A stretch of 64,000 nucleotides of DNA. It comes from Minisyncoccota bacterium. Lineage in GTDB: Bacteria > Patescibacteriota > Minisyncoccia > Phycocordibacterales > UBA9973. This document shows positions 10,501 through 19,078 of this stretch, one piece after another (position 1 is the first letter of the stretch; the number at the start of each line of letters is the position of its first letter). A program made the position numbers and the translations under genes. Under the pieces are notes generated by a model. It worked only from the letters and a program-made list of their open reading frames with translations, made no database searches and was not told where the DNA came from. The DNA lies in NCBI GenBank assembly GCA_041648595.1, contig JBAZOQ010000002.1:10446-74445 (forward strand), written 5' to 3'.

Positions 10501-11134
10501 TTGCTTCAAAACAAGTACCATATTTTAAAGAATAATGATGAAAAGAAATTTCATTTAAAACTTTTCCTTCATATATTTCTAAAATTTCTTTCTTTGTACT
10601 AGTAAATAAATTCTTTAATTTAAGACGTGTATCTTCGTCTGCTGCGTTTTTTAATTTAGCTTTATATTCTTTATCTAAACCTTGAACAATTATTTCTTTT
10701 TCATCTTCATGAACTTTCGTAATTATATATCCAGCAAAATAAATAACTTTTTCAAGATCAGACACAGAAATATTTAAAAGGATACTCATCCTAGAAGGTA
10801 CTCCTCTTAAAAACCAAATATGAGCAACAGGTGTCGAAAGCTCAATATGTCCCATTCTTTCTCTTCTTACTATAGAACGAGTTACTTCGACTCCACATTT
10901 TTCACAGATAATATCTTTATAACGAATTCGACGATATTTTCCACAATAACATTCATAATCTTTTTCTGGTCCGAATATTTTCTCGTCGAAAAGACCACCA
11001 CGCTCAGATCTGCCTGTACGATAATTTATGGTCTCAGGTTTAGTAACTTCCCCATAAGACCATTCTTTTATTTGCTCGGGTGATGCGAGCTTGAGTGAAA
11101 TATAATCAAAATCAGTTTTATTTAGTGTTTTCAT
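7523..11134 (-). CDS. rpoC: DNA-directed RNA polymerase beta' subunit
   Basis: NADFDGDQMAV catalytic motif, zinc-binding Cys cluster, 1203 aa. Confidence 0.97.
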   Translation of the reverse strand: MKTLNKTDFDYISLKLASPEQIKEWSYGEVTKPETINYRTGRSERGGLFDEKIFGPEKDYECYCGKYRRIRYKDIICEKCGVEVTRSIVRRERMGHIELSTPVAHIWFLRGVPSRMSILLNISVSDLEKVIYFAGYIITKVHEDEKEIIVQGLDKEYKAKLKNAADEDTRLKLKNLFTSTKKEILEIYEGKVLNEISFHHYSLKYGTCFEANIGAEAIYSIFKNLDLNKLKNHTEKMLEKASAIEKEKLQKRLSLIRAMTYAGIRPEWMFLTVIPVIPPVLRPMVALDGGRHATSDLNDLYRRVINRNNRLKKLKEINAPDVILRNEKRIIQEAVDALIDNSIAKQNDSAAMSQSQKRPLKSLSDNLKSKQGLFRQNLLGKRVDYSGRSVIVVGPDLKLNQCGLPKHMALELFRPFVISKILLAELAFNIRGANKLIEERTPEVWAMLEEVIQGKYVLLNRAPTLHRLGIQAFNPILIEGNAIQVHPLVCQAFNADFDGDQMAVYVPLLDEAQAEAKNLMAANKNLLKPQNGDPIVHPSKDIVLGSYWMTKSVDGEIGEGKYFSSPNTAITAYEYGIISLRAKIKVLATDSHKYHKFEEGFFDTSVGKLLFNSILPNDFSYVGDEMTSTRLSSLVDELIMHYGVDETPPILDSIKTFGFKYSTFSGTTWGLDNVKVPVEKVKIVEEGRKLEEKIIAQWNEGLLSEEERYQKIIEIWTYAKKELEKVLPKTLNKNGSTFDLFTSGARGTMTSLIQMAGMKGLIQNNQGRTLEFPIIPSYFEGLSSIEYFVTTHGARKGASDTALNTAKAGYLTRRLVDVAQDVVITEEDCGTKEGKIVTRENISGIEIPLSKNIRGRVLAGDLKDKAGKVVYKKGFLITKEEAHNIEGAGYEEVFVRSPLTCRTTHGLCQMCYGLDLGRNHLVDLGEAVGIIAAQAIGEPGTQLTLRTFHAGGVAGTDITTGLPRIEEIFERRIPKNPAIISETDGEVFEIKNKDEKEKIIKVLSDSKVDGKANEVEYLIPFRRTPIVKVGQKVKKGELLTDGSADIAGIFKFGTKEMVEEYIIREINKVYELQSASISRKHTEIIIRQMFSRRKIKDSGETNFSIGDIVENTAFIEENERIVKLKQQEAKAEIIVLGITEVSLRTKSWLSAASFQNTNRVLIENAVKGGIDSLRGLKENVIIGRLIPAGTGFKSRTISPKEEE

Positions 11135-14100
11135 ATTTTTTCAAGTTAACATCGAGAGCTAATCCTCGTAAATAATTAAGCAAAACATTAAACGATGCGG
11201 GAGAATTTGGTGGTTTAATAGTTTCATTTTTGATAATAGAATCAAATGTAGCAGATCGACCTAAAATGTCATCAGATTTAATTGTAAGCATTTCTCGTAA
11301 TGTATAAGCTGCACCATACCCTTCGAGTGCCCATACTTCCATTTCTCCAAATCTCTGTCCTCCACCTTGAGCTTTTCCACCTAATGGTTGTTGAGTAATG
11401 AGAGAGTAAGGTCCGATAGAACGCATATGAATCTTATCTTCTACCATGTGGTGAAGTTTCAACATATACATATAACCAACAGCAATATCTTGATCAAAAG
11501 CTTCTCCTGTACGTCCATCAAAAAGTTTTAACTTACCATTCTCTGGAAATCCAGCTTTTTTTAATTCTTCTCGTATTTCTTCATGACGTGCTCCTAAAAA
11601 TGGAGGAACAATAGCTTGATATCCCAATGTATTTGCAGCCATACCAAGATGCATTTCTAATATTTGTCCCAAGTTCATACGAGAAGGAACACCAAGCGGT
11701 GAAAGAATTATATCTACTGGTGTACCATCTGCTGCATATGGCATATCTTCTTCTGGAAGAATTCTTGAAATAACTCCCTTGTTTCCATGTCTTCCTGAAA
11801 GTTTGTCTCCAACTGAAATGTTTCTAATCTGAGCAACTTCAATAACTATTTTTTTAATAATTCCTGCTTCAAGTGTATGTCCCAAATCACGAGAAAAAAT
11901 CTTAATACCAATAATACGTCCACGTTTTCCGTGCTCCATTCTTAGTGATGTATCTTTAACATCACGTGCTTTTTCAGCAAAGATTGAACGTAGTAATCTT
12001 TCTTCTGGGGTAAGTTCAGTCTCACCTTTTGGTGTAATTTTACCAATCAAAATATCGTTTTCTCTAACTTCAGCACCAATACGAACAATACCATCTTCAT
12101 CTAAATCTTTAAGTTTTAATTCTCCAACATTTGGAATATCACGAGTAGTGATTTCAGGTCCTAATTTAGTATCACGAACAACACAAACAAATTCTTCAAC
12201 ATAGACACTAGTAAATTTACTCTTTTTCACAAGACGCTCAGAAATAATTATAGCATCTTCATAATTTGATCCAGACCAAGACAAGAATGCTACAAAAATA
12301 TTTTGTCCAATTGAAATTTGTCCATCCACTGTACTTGTCGTATCAGCTAAAACATCTCCTTTCTTTATTTTTTGACCTACGTCTACTGCGGGACGTTGAT
12401 GAAAAGAAGAAAAATTATTATTTCTCAAAAAATTAACAAGCGTATAAGTTTTTTCTTTATCTCCCTTTCCTTTTACTACTATTTTTTTCGCATCTAAATA
12501 AGAAACTACACCATCTTCTTCTGCAAGAACAATTCTACCAGAATCTCGAGATGCAAGAGCTTCAATACCAGTAGCCACTAGTGGTGCTTCTGGAAGAACA
12601 CAAGGTACTGCTTGTTTTTGCATGTTTGATCCCATGAGAGAACGATTAGCATCATTGTGCTCTAAAAAAGGAATCATTGAAGTCGCTACTGAGAAAGCTT
12701 GATTTGCAGCAACATCAATAAAATCAACTTCATCGCGACTAATCATTCCTGGATTAGTTTTTACTCTAGCTGCAACTCTTTCTTCTGTTATTTTTCCATC
12801 CTTATCATAAGAAATAGCGGCATGAGCAATGTTGTATTTTTCTTCTTCAAGTGCATTTAAGTATTGTACTTCATCAGTAATTTTTCCATTTTTTACTTTT
12901 ATATATGGAGTCTCTATAATTCCAAAATCATTTATTTTTGCATAAGTTGAAAGATGTAAAATAAGACCAATGTTTGGACCTTCAGGAGTATGAATAGGAC
13001 AAACTCTTCCATAGTGAGAAGGATGAACGTCTCGAACTTCTAACCCTGCACGTTCGCGCGTTAAGCCTCCAGGTCCTAATGCGGACAATAAACGAATATG
13101 TTCTATTTCTGCCAAAATATTTTCTTGACTCATGAATTGTGAAAGTTGGTTTGTGGTAAAAAATTCCTTAATACGTGCTTGAAGTGGACGTTGATTAATT
13201 ATATGAATTGGTAATGCTGTATCAATATCAATAATAGACATTCTGTCTTGAATATTTCTTTTAATTTGCATCATACCAGTACGTACTTTCTGTTGAAGCA
13301 TTTCTCCAACAAAGCGAACACGTCTCTGTCCTAAGTGATCAATGTCGTCAGACTTAGCACCTACTGTGTTATTTAAAACAATAATATTTGTAATTACTGT
13401 CATTAAATCTTCTTTAGAAATAGTTCTAAGGGCAAGTTCTTCATCACCCAATCCTTTTTCAAAACGTTTATTAAACCTATATCGTCCGACAGGAGAAAGA
13501 TCATATCTTTCAGGAGTAAATAAAGAATTAATAAATTCTTTGGCATTTTCAGGTGTTGCCATATCTCCATCTCTCAAGCGTTTATATATTTCAATATATG
13601 CATCGTTTAATGTCTTTGCTATATCTTTTGCAAGACAAGCTTCAATAGCATCTTTACAAGAAGGAGTTTTCTCAAATGCTTTTAACATTGCTTCATTGGT
13701 ACCATAACCCATAACACGTAAAAGTGCTGTCGCTGGGAATTTTCTTTTTTTGTCTATTCTTATGTAAATTGCTCCATCGGATTCTGATTCTATTTCAATC
13801 CAAACTCCACGAGCTGGAATAATTTTTGCACCAAAATATCTTTTACCTTTACTTTCAGACTCAGTAAAGAAAACTCCAAAAGAACGTGCAAGCTGTGGCA
13901 CGATAATACGTTCTACTCCATTTATAATAAAAGTTCCATGTGGAGTCATTAGTGGAAGCTCAGACATAAAAATCTCTTGCTCTTTAACAGTACCTAAAAT
14001 TTTATTTGTTAACTTTACACGAGTCTTCAAAAGACCTTGATATGAAAGTTTATTTATTTTAGCTTCATTCTCTCCACAATTAGCTTCACCTAAAGAGAAA

Positions 14101-14291
14101 GATGAAAACTCAAGTTCAAATTTTTTTCCAGAATAATCTACAATAGGAGAAAATTCTTTAAAAACTTCTTTAATCCCTTCTTCAATAAGCCACTTATATG
14201 ACTTAGTTTGAGCTTCTATTAAATTTGGAAACTCAATCAGCGGATTTTTATATCTCGCAAAATACTTCTTCGGACGTTTTTCTGTTTGCAT
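11118..14291 (-). CDS. rpoB: DNA-directed RNA polymerase beta subunit
   Basis: 1057 aa with conserved beta-subunit blocks (GEMEVWALEGYGAAYTLRE and others). Overlaps rpoC by 17 bp. Confidence 0.97.
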   Translation of the reverse strand: MQTEKRPKKYFARYKNPLIEFPNLIEAQTKSYKWLIEEGIKEVFKEFSPIVDYSGKKFELEFSSFSLGEANCGENEAKINKLSYQGLLKTRVKLTNKILGTVKEQEIFMSELPLMTPHGTFIINGVERIIVPQLARSFGVFFTESESKGKRYFGAKIIPARGVWIEIESESDGAIYIRIDKKRKFPATALLRVMGYGTNEAMLKAFEKTPSCKDAIEACLAKDIAKTLNDAYIEIYKRLRDGDMATPENAKEFINSLFTPERYDLSPVGRYRFNKRFEKGLGDEELALRTISKEDLMTVITNIIVLNNTVGAKSDDIDHLGQRRVRFVGEMLQQKVRTGMMQIKRNIQDRMSIIDIDTALPIHIINQRPLQARIKEFFTTNQLSQFMSQENILAEIEHIRLLSALGPGGLTRERAGLEVRDVHPSHYGRVCPIHTPEGPNIGLILHLSTYAKINDFGIIETPYIKVKNGKITDEVQYLNALEEEKYNIAHAAISYDKDGKITEERVAARVKTNPGMISRDEVDFIDVAANQAFSVATSMIPFLEHNDANRSLMGSNMQKQAVPCVLPEAPLVATGIEALASRDSGRIVLAEEDGVVSYLDAKKIVVKGKGDKEKTYTLVNFLRNNNFSSFHQRPAVDVGQKIKKGDVLADTTSTVDGQISIGQNIFVAFLSWSGSNYEDAIIISERLVKKSKFTSVYVEEFVCVVRDTKLGPEITTRDIPNVGELKLKDLDEDGIVRIGAEVRENDILIGKITPKGETELTPEERLLRSIFAEKARDVKDTSLRMEHGKRGRIIGIKIFSRDLGHTLEAGIIKKIVIEVAQIRNISVGDKLSGRHGNKGVISRILPEEDMPYAADGTPVDIILSPLGVPSRMNLGQILEMHLGMAANTLGYQAIVPPFLGARHEEIREELKKAGFPENGKLKLFDGRTGEAFDQDIAVGYMYMLKLHHMVEDKIHMRSIGPYSLITQQPLGGKAQGGGQRFGEMEVWALEGYGAAYTLREMLTIKSDDILGRSATFDSIIKNETIKPPNSPASFNVLLNYLRGLALDVNLKKYENTK

Positions 14292-14639
14292 GATTAATTT
14301 AGTCTAAATAAAACAAGAGAAACAAAAGAAAAACAGACAAAAAATACTTTTCTCTAGCTTCTTTTAAAATTATTTAGATATTTATGATTAAGCTTATTAA
14401 TATAACCTATTAATACAAACTGAGATACATCCGAAACTCAATCAAATCTCTTATTTACTAGTATACTTAATATTCCTATTTTGTCCACTTGACATTTAAA
14501 TTCAAATATGCTATGCTTCTACCAGATTAAGCTACTTGAAATAGTGAACAATTAGATTGGTCTTCTAAGTTTCTTTTACTTAAAAGATATTTGGAAGATC
14601 AATTTAATTAATTCATTCAATAAAACAAAAGGAACTATC

Positions 14640-15248
14640 ATGAAAAACTTTCTTTCAATTCTCGTACGTTGGGCATTGGTTTGCTCAATATTTGTGATCA
14701 TAACAATACTTTCTGTTAATCACCCATTATCTGCTCTTGATCACTATAAATTCAGCATACTGGGTGCTGGGTTTATATATTTGGCGATTTTTCACTTTAT
14801 TAAAAGTGAAGACCCTAGTGAATTACTATGGCATGGTACATTATTTCGATACACAATAATAGTGGGGTTATGTCTCTTAATATTTTTGGTTGTCTCTCTT
14901 TTTAAAATAAAAGAAGATAACAACCTATGGAATTTTATGACAATAGTAGTATTTTTTGCTATTTTAGCAGTCCAAATAATTGATGTGATTGTAAATATAA
15001 TAAAAATTACTAAAGGTAGTTCATTGAATGATGGACTACTCTCTATAGAAATTACTGCACTGATTGGAGGAATACTTTATTTTATCTCCGTAGAAAGTGA
15101 TTGGTTATCATGGATAACCTATTCTGAAGACTGGTTTAATTCATTAGGATGGACAACTATAATAGGATACCCATCACTTATCCTAGTCACGTTTATGCCA
15201 AAAATTTGGCCATGGTTATTTTTAATCAAACCAAAAACCATAGAATAA
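14640..15248 (+). CDS. Hypothetical polytopic membrane protein
   Basis: About six predicted TM helices with no recognisable motif. It is the only sizeable plus-strand gene in this region. Confidence 0.5.
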   Translation: MKNFLSILVRWALVCSIFVIITILSVNHPLSALDHYKFSILGAGFIYLAIFHFIKSEDPSELLWHGTLFRYTIIVGLCLLIFLVVSLFKIKEDNNLWNFMTIVVFFAILAVQIIDVIVNIIKITKGSSLNDGLLSIEITALIGGILYFISVESDWLSWITYSEDWFNSLGWTTIIGYPSLILVTFMPKIWPWLFLIKPKTIE

Positions 15249-15261
15249 AATTAAAAACAAA

Positions 15262-15303
15262 ATCCGGTTTTCAATAGGAAAAAATCCTATTGGAGGTCGG
15301 ATT
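15262..15303 (+). terminator. Rho-independent terminator (nested hairpin CCAATAGG/CCTATTGG plus ATCCGG/CGGAT, then TTTTTTCTTTTT)
   Basis: Lies directly after the stop of the 14640..15248 ORF. Confidence 0.55.
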
Positions 15304-15468
15304 TTTTCTTTTTCCACTCTTCAATTTTTTTATGATTTCCTGAGAGTAATACCTTAGGTACTTTATAATTTTTACTTTTTTTACCCTGAACAGAGTTGAA
15401 GGGATATTTTAAAACTTCTGGTCTTGTGTAAACTTCACTGGAAGAAACACGCTCTTCTTCTGCGTTAG
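15290..15468 (-). pseudogene. Degenerate duplicate of the trmD 3' end (last ~55 codons), orphan fragment
   Basis: Minus-strand translation gives EEERVSSSEVYTRPE...LLSGNHKKIEEWKKKKSD. The intact trmD at 16793-16960 ends EEERISSSEVYTRPEV...LLSGNHKNIEEWKKRK. Nucleotide identity is roughly 75%. Confidence 0.7.
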
Positions 15469-15583
15469 GCCTTGCCTAACGTAACCTATTCCTTAACCTA
15501 GCATATATACTAGACTAAAGAATTACTTTTTCTGTTTCCAATTTTCTATTCATCTAAGTCTTAAAGCGTTGTTTAGCTAAAAA

Positions 15584-16132
15584 TTATTCTCCATTAAAAA
15601 AAGCATTAATATCTAAAAAACAAATTATAAAACAAGCTAAGCTCTGATTAGTAATTACCTCTCCCCTATTCCAATCGAAGTCTTTTCTTTTTACCATCGT
15701 CTCTATTAAGAAAAATTGTAAATAAATTTCATTAGGGATTAATCCTTTTTCATACATTTCCACATCTGTTATTTTTTCAAAATCTTCACGATCTTCTAGA
15801 TGAATAAAATCAACTAAATGTCTTAGTGTAAGATCAAAGAAAAGCTCAGTTAATTTTTTATAATTCTTTTCTATATATAACTTTTTTGACTGTATTCCCA
15901 GTATTTTTAATCCTTCTTTATCTTTTTGATTATTTTCGTACTTATAAGCATCCTTCCACATCAAAAAGAAATTTTTTACACTATCTTTTTCTTCAATAAA
16001 TTCAGTAAACCATTCTTCTAAGTCAGGTTCAGCCAGTAATATTTTCATAGCCTTAAAATGCACTAGTGAATCTTTTTCAAATAAAAATTGTTTATATGCT
16101 TCATCAAATTTTTCTATATTTCTATTTTTCAT
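15584..16132 (-). CDS. Hypothetical protein (cargo of the trmD-associated islet)
   Basis: 182 aa with no recognisable motif. Lies downstream of the MazF-like gene. Confidence 0.4.
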   Translation of the reverse strand: MKNRNIEKFDEAYKQFLFEKDSLVHFKAMKILLAEPDLEEWFTEFIEEKDSVKNFFLMWKDAYKYENNQKDKEGLKILGIQSKKLYIEKNYKKLTELFFDLTLRHLVDFIHLEDREDFEKITDVEMYEKGLIPNEIYLQFFLIETMVKRKDFDWNRGEVITNQSLACFIICFLDINAFFNGE

Positions 16133-16224
16133 AAAAATTATGTTTCTCCCAAACCTTGCTTAACCAAATATATAACTTGTGGATAACTATCCTTGCATAA
16201 ATGTCTGACGATATGGTAAACTTT

Positions 16225-16315
16225 AAGTACAAATGGCCTTCGGGCTCCGAGACTTTCTCCGCGAGGAGGAAGACCGTTACAAAAACATCTCTCTGAGATG
16301 TTTTTGTTTTTATAT
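16225..16315 (+). ncRNA. Candidate small structured RNA, anomalously GC-rich, with UUCG and GCGA tetraloop hairpins and an intrinsic terminator
   Basis: GGCC-UUCG-GGCU and CUCC-GCGA-GGAG hairpins are followed by CAAAAACATCTC-TCT-GAGATGTTTTTG plus TTTTTAT at 16283-16315. It converges on the mazF stop. Confidence 0.3.
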
Positions 16316-16756
16316 AACATTTTTGATTTTTTCCCTAATAACATTAAAATCTTCTTCTGACATAACCCCTATTTTTCTAATTAATCTTTTACTACTCATT
16401 GTTTTTAATTGATTTAAAATAATCCTTCCTTCTTTATCTTCACTTATTAATTCACCTACTATATTCTCATAATATTCTTTGTATTTAATTTCAATATGAT
16501 ACTTATTATCTTTTTTTTGACTAGTCAATGGTATTGCCCAAAAAATATGTTGCCCAAATTTTCTCAAAACTAAAACTGGTCTTTGAAATTCTTCATCTTT
16601 ACCATTCTGTTCAGAACCAACATTTAACCCAACATTTGCCCACCAAATATCTCTTTGTTTATAAGATAAATTTAAATTATCAGCAATATGTATCCTTACT
16701 TTTACTTTGACCCATTTTACAAACTCAGCAAGTATTTTTTTAAATTCTTCGTCCAT
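16310..16756 (-). CDS. mazF: MazF/PemK-family endoribonuclease toxin
   Basis: RDIWWANVGLNVGSEQNGKDEEFQRPVLVL, FWAIPLTSQ and a C-terminal helix all align with E. coli MazF blocks. No antitoxin ORF lies upstream. Confidence 0.8.
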   Translation of the reverse strand: MDEEFKKILAEFVKWVKVKVRIHIADNLNLSYKQRDIWWANVGLNVGSEQNGKDEEFQRPVLVLRKFGQHIFWAIPLTSQKKDNKYHIEIKYKEYYENIVGELISEDKEGRIILNQLKTMSSKRLIRKIGVMSEEDFNVIREKIKNVI

Positions 16757-16792
16757 ATTATTATATTAATAATTCTTATATATAAACCTATA

Positions 16793-17539
16793 TTATTTCC
16801 TTTTCTTCCATTCTTCTATATTTTTATGATTTCCAGACAATAAAACTTTTGGTACCCCGAAGGAAAGAGTACTTCCTACGGGGCATGCTTTATAATTTTT
16901 ATATAAATTTTTTATAGCTTTAGAAGGTCTGTACTTTATTACTTCTGGTCTCGTATAAACTTCACTTGAAGATATTCTTTCTTCTTCTCTTGAATCATAA
17001 TTACCAAGCACACCTTCTATTTGACGAGAAACACAATCAACTAAAATCATCGCTGGAATTTCTCCACCTGTCAAAACATAATCCCCTATTGATAATAGTT
17101 TAAATTTTAAGAACTTGTCCTGAGCTTGCCGAAGGATCTTATCTACTCTCGCATCTATACCTTCATATCTACCACAAATTAAAATTATATCTGTATATTT
17201 TTTAGAAATATTTTTTGCATAATTAGTCGTAAACTTTTCTGCACTAGGAATAAAATTAATAACCAAAACAGCTTTTAGCTTAGAGCTTTTAGCTTTTAGC
17301 TTTTTAAAAACAAAATCAACAGCTTTTAAAATAGGCTCAGCTCTCATCACCATTCCCGGACCTCCACCATAAGGCTTATCATCTACTGGTTTATAATTAT
17401 TCTTTTGTGCTTTAATAAAGTCCCTTGGGTTATAAAACTTAACAGAAATAAGCTTATTTTTTATCGCTCGCCCAATGATAGACTCATTTAAATACGAATC
17501 AAAAATATCTGGAAAAATTGTAATAATATGGAATCTCAT
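16793..17539 (-). CDS. trmD: tRNA (guanine37-N1)-methyltransferase
   Basis: MRFHIITIFPDIF N-terminus and GGGPGMVM SPOUT knot motifs. Confidence 0.92.
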   Translation of the reverse strand: MRFHIITIFPDIFDSYLNESIIGRAIKNKLISVKFYNPRDFIKAQKNNYKPVDDKPYGGGPGMVMRAEPILKAVDFVFKKLKAKSSKLKAVLVINFIPSAEKFTTNYAKNISKKYTDIILICGRYEGIDARVDKILRQAQDKFLKFKLLSIGDYVLTGGEIPAMILVDCVSRQIEGVLGNYDSREEERISSSEVYTRPEVIKYRPSKAIKNLYKNYKACPVGSTLSFGVPKVLLSGNHKNIEEWKKRK

Positions 17540-17540
17540 A

Positions 17541-17563
17541 GCTTATAGCTTATAGCTTATAGA
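17541..17563. repeat. Tandem heptamer (AGCTTAT)x3 immediately upstream of the trmD ATG
   Basis: Read directly. The related AGCTAAAAGCTAAAACCTATAAGCT on the other side of the hairpin (17610-17640) makes an imperfect inverted arrangement. Confidence 0.6.
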
Positions 17564-17581
17564 AAAAAAACACAAGAACTC

Positions 17582-17606
17582 AAAAACCGCCCGAAGGCGG
17601 TTTTTT
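17582..17606. terminator. Perfect hairpin AAAAACCGCC-CGAA-GGCGGTTTTTT (bidirectional-looking) between ylqC and trmD
   Basis: A 9-bp GC-rich stem with an A-run upstream and a T-run downstream. Possible intra-operon attenuator. Confidence 0.55.
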
Positions 17607-17641
17607 AATTAGCTAAAAGCTAAAACCTATAAGCTAATTTT

Positions 17642-17977
17642 TTATATCCCCTTAAGGTCTTCCATTGCTTGATCAACAGTCTTTGTTGAACTTTCTGCAT
17701 TTTCAAATTTAGGTTCTGGTCTCATGCCACCTTCTGGTTCGTTAATTTTCAAATTAACACGAGCATTATTCTTCATACCTATAATTCGTAACAATGTACG
17801 AATAGCTTTTGCTGTATTCCCCATTCTTCCAATAATCTTACCCATATCACTTGGGTTTACTGTAAGTGAAATAAGTACACCCATCTCATCAACAGTACGA
17901 TCGATTTTTACATCGTTTGGATTATCAACTAGTGCTTTTACTACATATTCTAGAAATACTTTATCAGCGTCTTGCAT
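17642..17977 (-). CDS. ylqC: KH-domain RNA-binding protein (YlqC/UPF0109 family)
   Basis: GKIIGRMGNTAKAIRTLL KH motif. Conserved position between rpsP and trmD. Confidence 0.8.
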   Translation of the reverse strand: MQDADKVFLEYVVKALVDNPNDVKIDRTVDEMGVLISLTVNPSDMGKIIGRMGNTAKAIRTLLRIIGMKNNARVNLKINEPEGGMRPEPKFENAESSTKTVDQAMEDLKGI

Positions 17978-18091
17978 ATATTTCAGTAAAATTTATTTTT
18001 AATCTTTAATAATTAATGTGCAGCGTTACGACCTATAATGATTAACTGCACTGCTGTAATAAGTATATATGATTATTTTTTAGCTTTCAAC

Positions 18092-18111
18092 CCTGCCTGC
18101 CGGCAGGCAGG
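18092..18111. promoter_or_regulatory. Perfect 20-bp GC-rich palindrome CCTGCCTGCC|GGCAGGCAGG between rpsP and ylqC
   Basis: Read directly. Followed by TCTTTTCTTTT on the plus strand only. Function unknown (terminator-like or REP-like). Confidence 0.4.
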
Positions 18112-18120
18112 TCTTTTCTT

Positions 18121-18429
18121 TTATTTCTTTGCCTTTAATTCTTTACGTTTCTGAGTTGGTTTCTTCTTTGGTAATACATTTTTCTTCTTACCTTCTACCA
18201 CTTTTTGATGAACCATAAAATTATGCATTGTGTCAGAAAGTTGAGCACCTTTTGAAACCCAATATTTTATTCTATCAGTCTTAAAATTAGTTTCTCCTGC
18301 CTTTGGATTATATGTACCAACTATTTCTAAAAATCTTCCACTCTTTGTACTATTTTTTGAATCAGTTAAAACTGCCCGAAATGATGGATCGTTCTTCCTT
18401 CCTATTCTTTGTAATCTTATTTTTAACAT
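18121..18429 (-). CDS. rpsP: 30S ribosomal protein S16 with a Lys-rich C-terminal extension
   Basis: MLKIRLQRIGRKNDPSFR...GTYNP. Confidence 0.92.
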   Translation of the reverse strand: MLKIRLQRIGRKNDPSFRAVLTDSKNSTKSGRFLEIVGTYNPKAGETNFKTDRIKYWVSKGAQLSDTMHNFMVHQKVVEGKKKNVLPKKKPTQKRKELKAKK

Positions 18430-18493
18430 CTTTAGAGTCTAACATAACTTATAAAAAAGGCAAATTAAATTATCTGGGTTTGATTTACAAATA

Positions 18494-19039
18494 TTAGATA
18501 AATTTAAATGAAGAAAGAATTTGATCTATTAGTTCTTGTCCTAATTTATCAGATCCTTGTATTTCTATTCTATTACAGTTCTTCAAATCTAGGTCGCATT
18601 TAACCCAAGTAGAAGGAATTGTATTGTCTGTAAAGTTATAAATCACGGAGTTGTTCCATTCCTTCTTTTTCACTTGTTTTCCATTAATTTGAACATCACT
18701 GAGAATTGGTGCTCCTTCATATCCATGATCAAATTCACCCTTTGGTAAAATAATAAAAGTAAATTTTTGAGATTTATCATTAAAGAAAAAACCGTCTGCA
18801 TTTGAGAAATAAGTTGAAAATTCCCAGTCATTAGGATATTTTAATTCAAACCCATACTGCTCGTTTCTATAAACTTTCCAATCTGACATTTTAATTTGTG
18901 AGGTCGTATTATTCGTAACAATATCTTTAGATATAGATTCATTTTTTGTCCCCAAATAATATGCCCCACCACCAATGATTAAAACAGCAATTATTGCTAA
19001 TATAAGACCCATTCCTATAAAACCTTTATTTTTATTCAT
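18494..19039 (-). CDS. Hypothetical membrane-anchored (N-terminal TM) exported protein
   Basis: Single N-terminal TM helix, no recognisable motif. Confidence 0.45.
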   Translation of the reverse strand: MNKNKGFIGMGLILAIIAVLIIGGGAYYLGTKNESISKDIVTNNTTSQIKMSDWKVYRNEQYGFELKYPNDWEFSTYFSNADGFFFNDKSQKFTFIILPKGEFDHGYEGAPILSDVQINGKQVKKKEWNNSVIYNFTDNTIPSTWVKCDLDLKNCNRIEIQGSDKLGQELIDQILSSFKFI

Positions 19040-19078
19040 ATAAATTAATTATGAACTCTTTATATAAAACAGCAAATA

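Noticed and set aside
7503-13707. Plus-strand ORFs 7503..7874, 10820..11083 and 13342..13707
   Set aside because: They are antisense to rpoC/rpoB coding sequence, low-complexity and without motifs. Shadow ORFs.
16138-16344. 68-aa ORF as a MazE-type antitoxin downstream of mazF
   Set aside because: Its composition is anomalously GC-rich, its predicted peptide is low-complexity, and the same DNA folds into stable tetraloop hairpins with a terminator on the other strand. It is more plausibly RNA.
15290-16790. Integrase or recombinase within the MazF islet
   Set aside because: No ORF with tyrosine- or serine-recombinase motifs. The islet is therefore called decayed, not an active mobile element.
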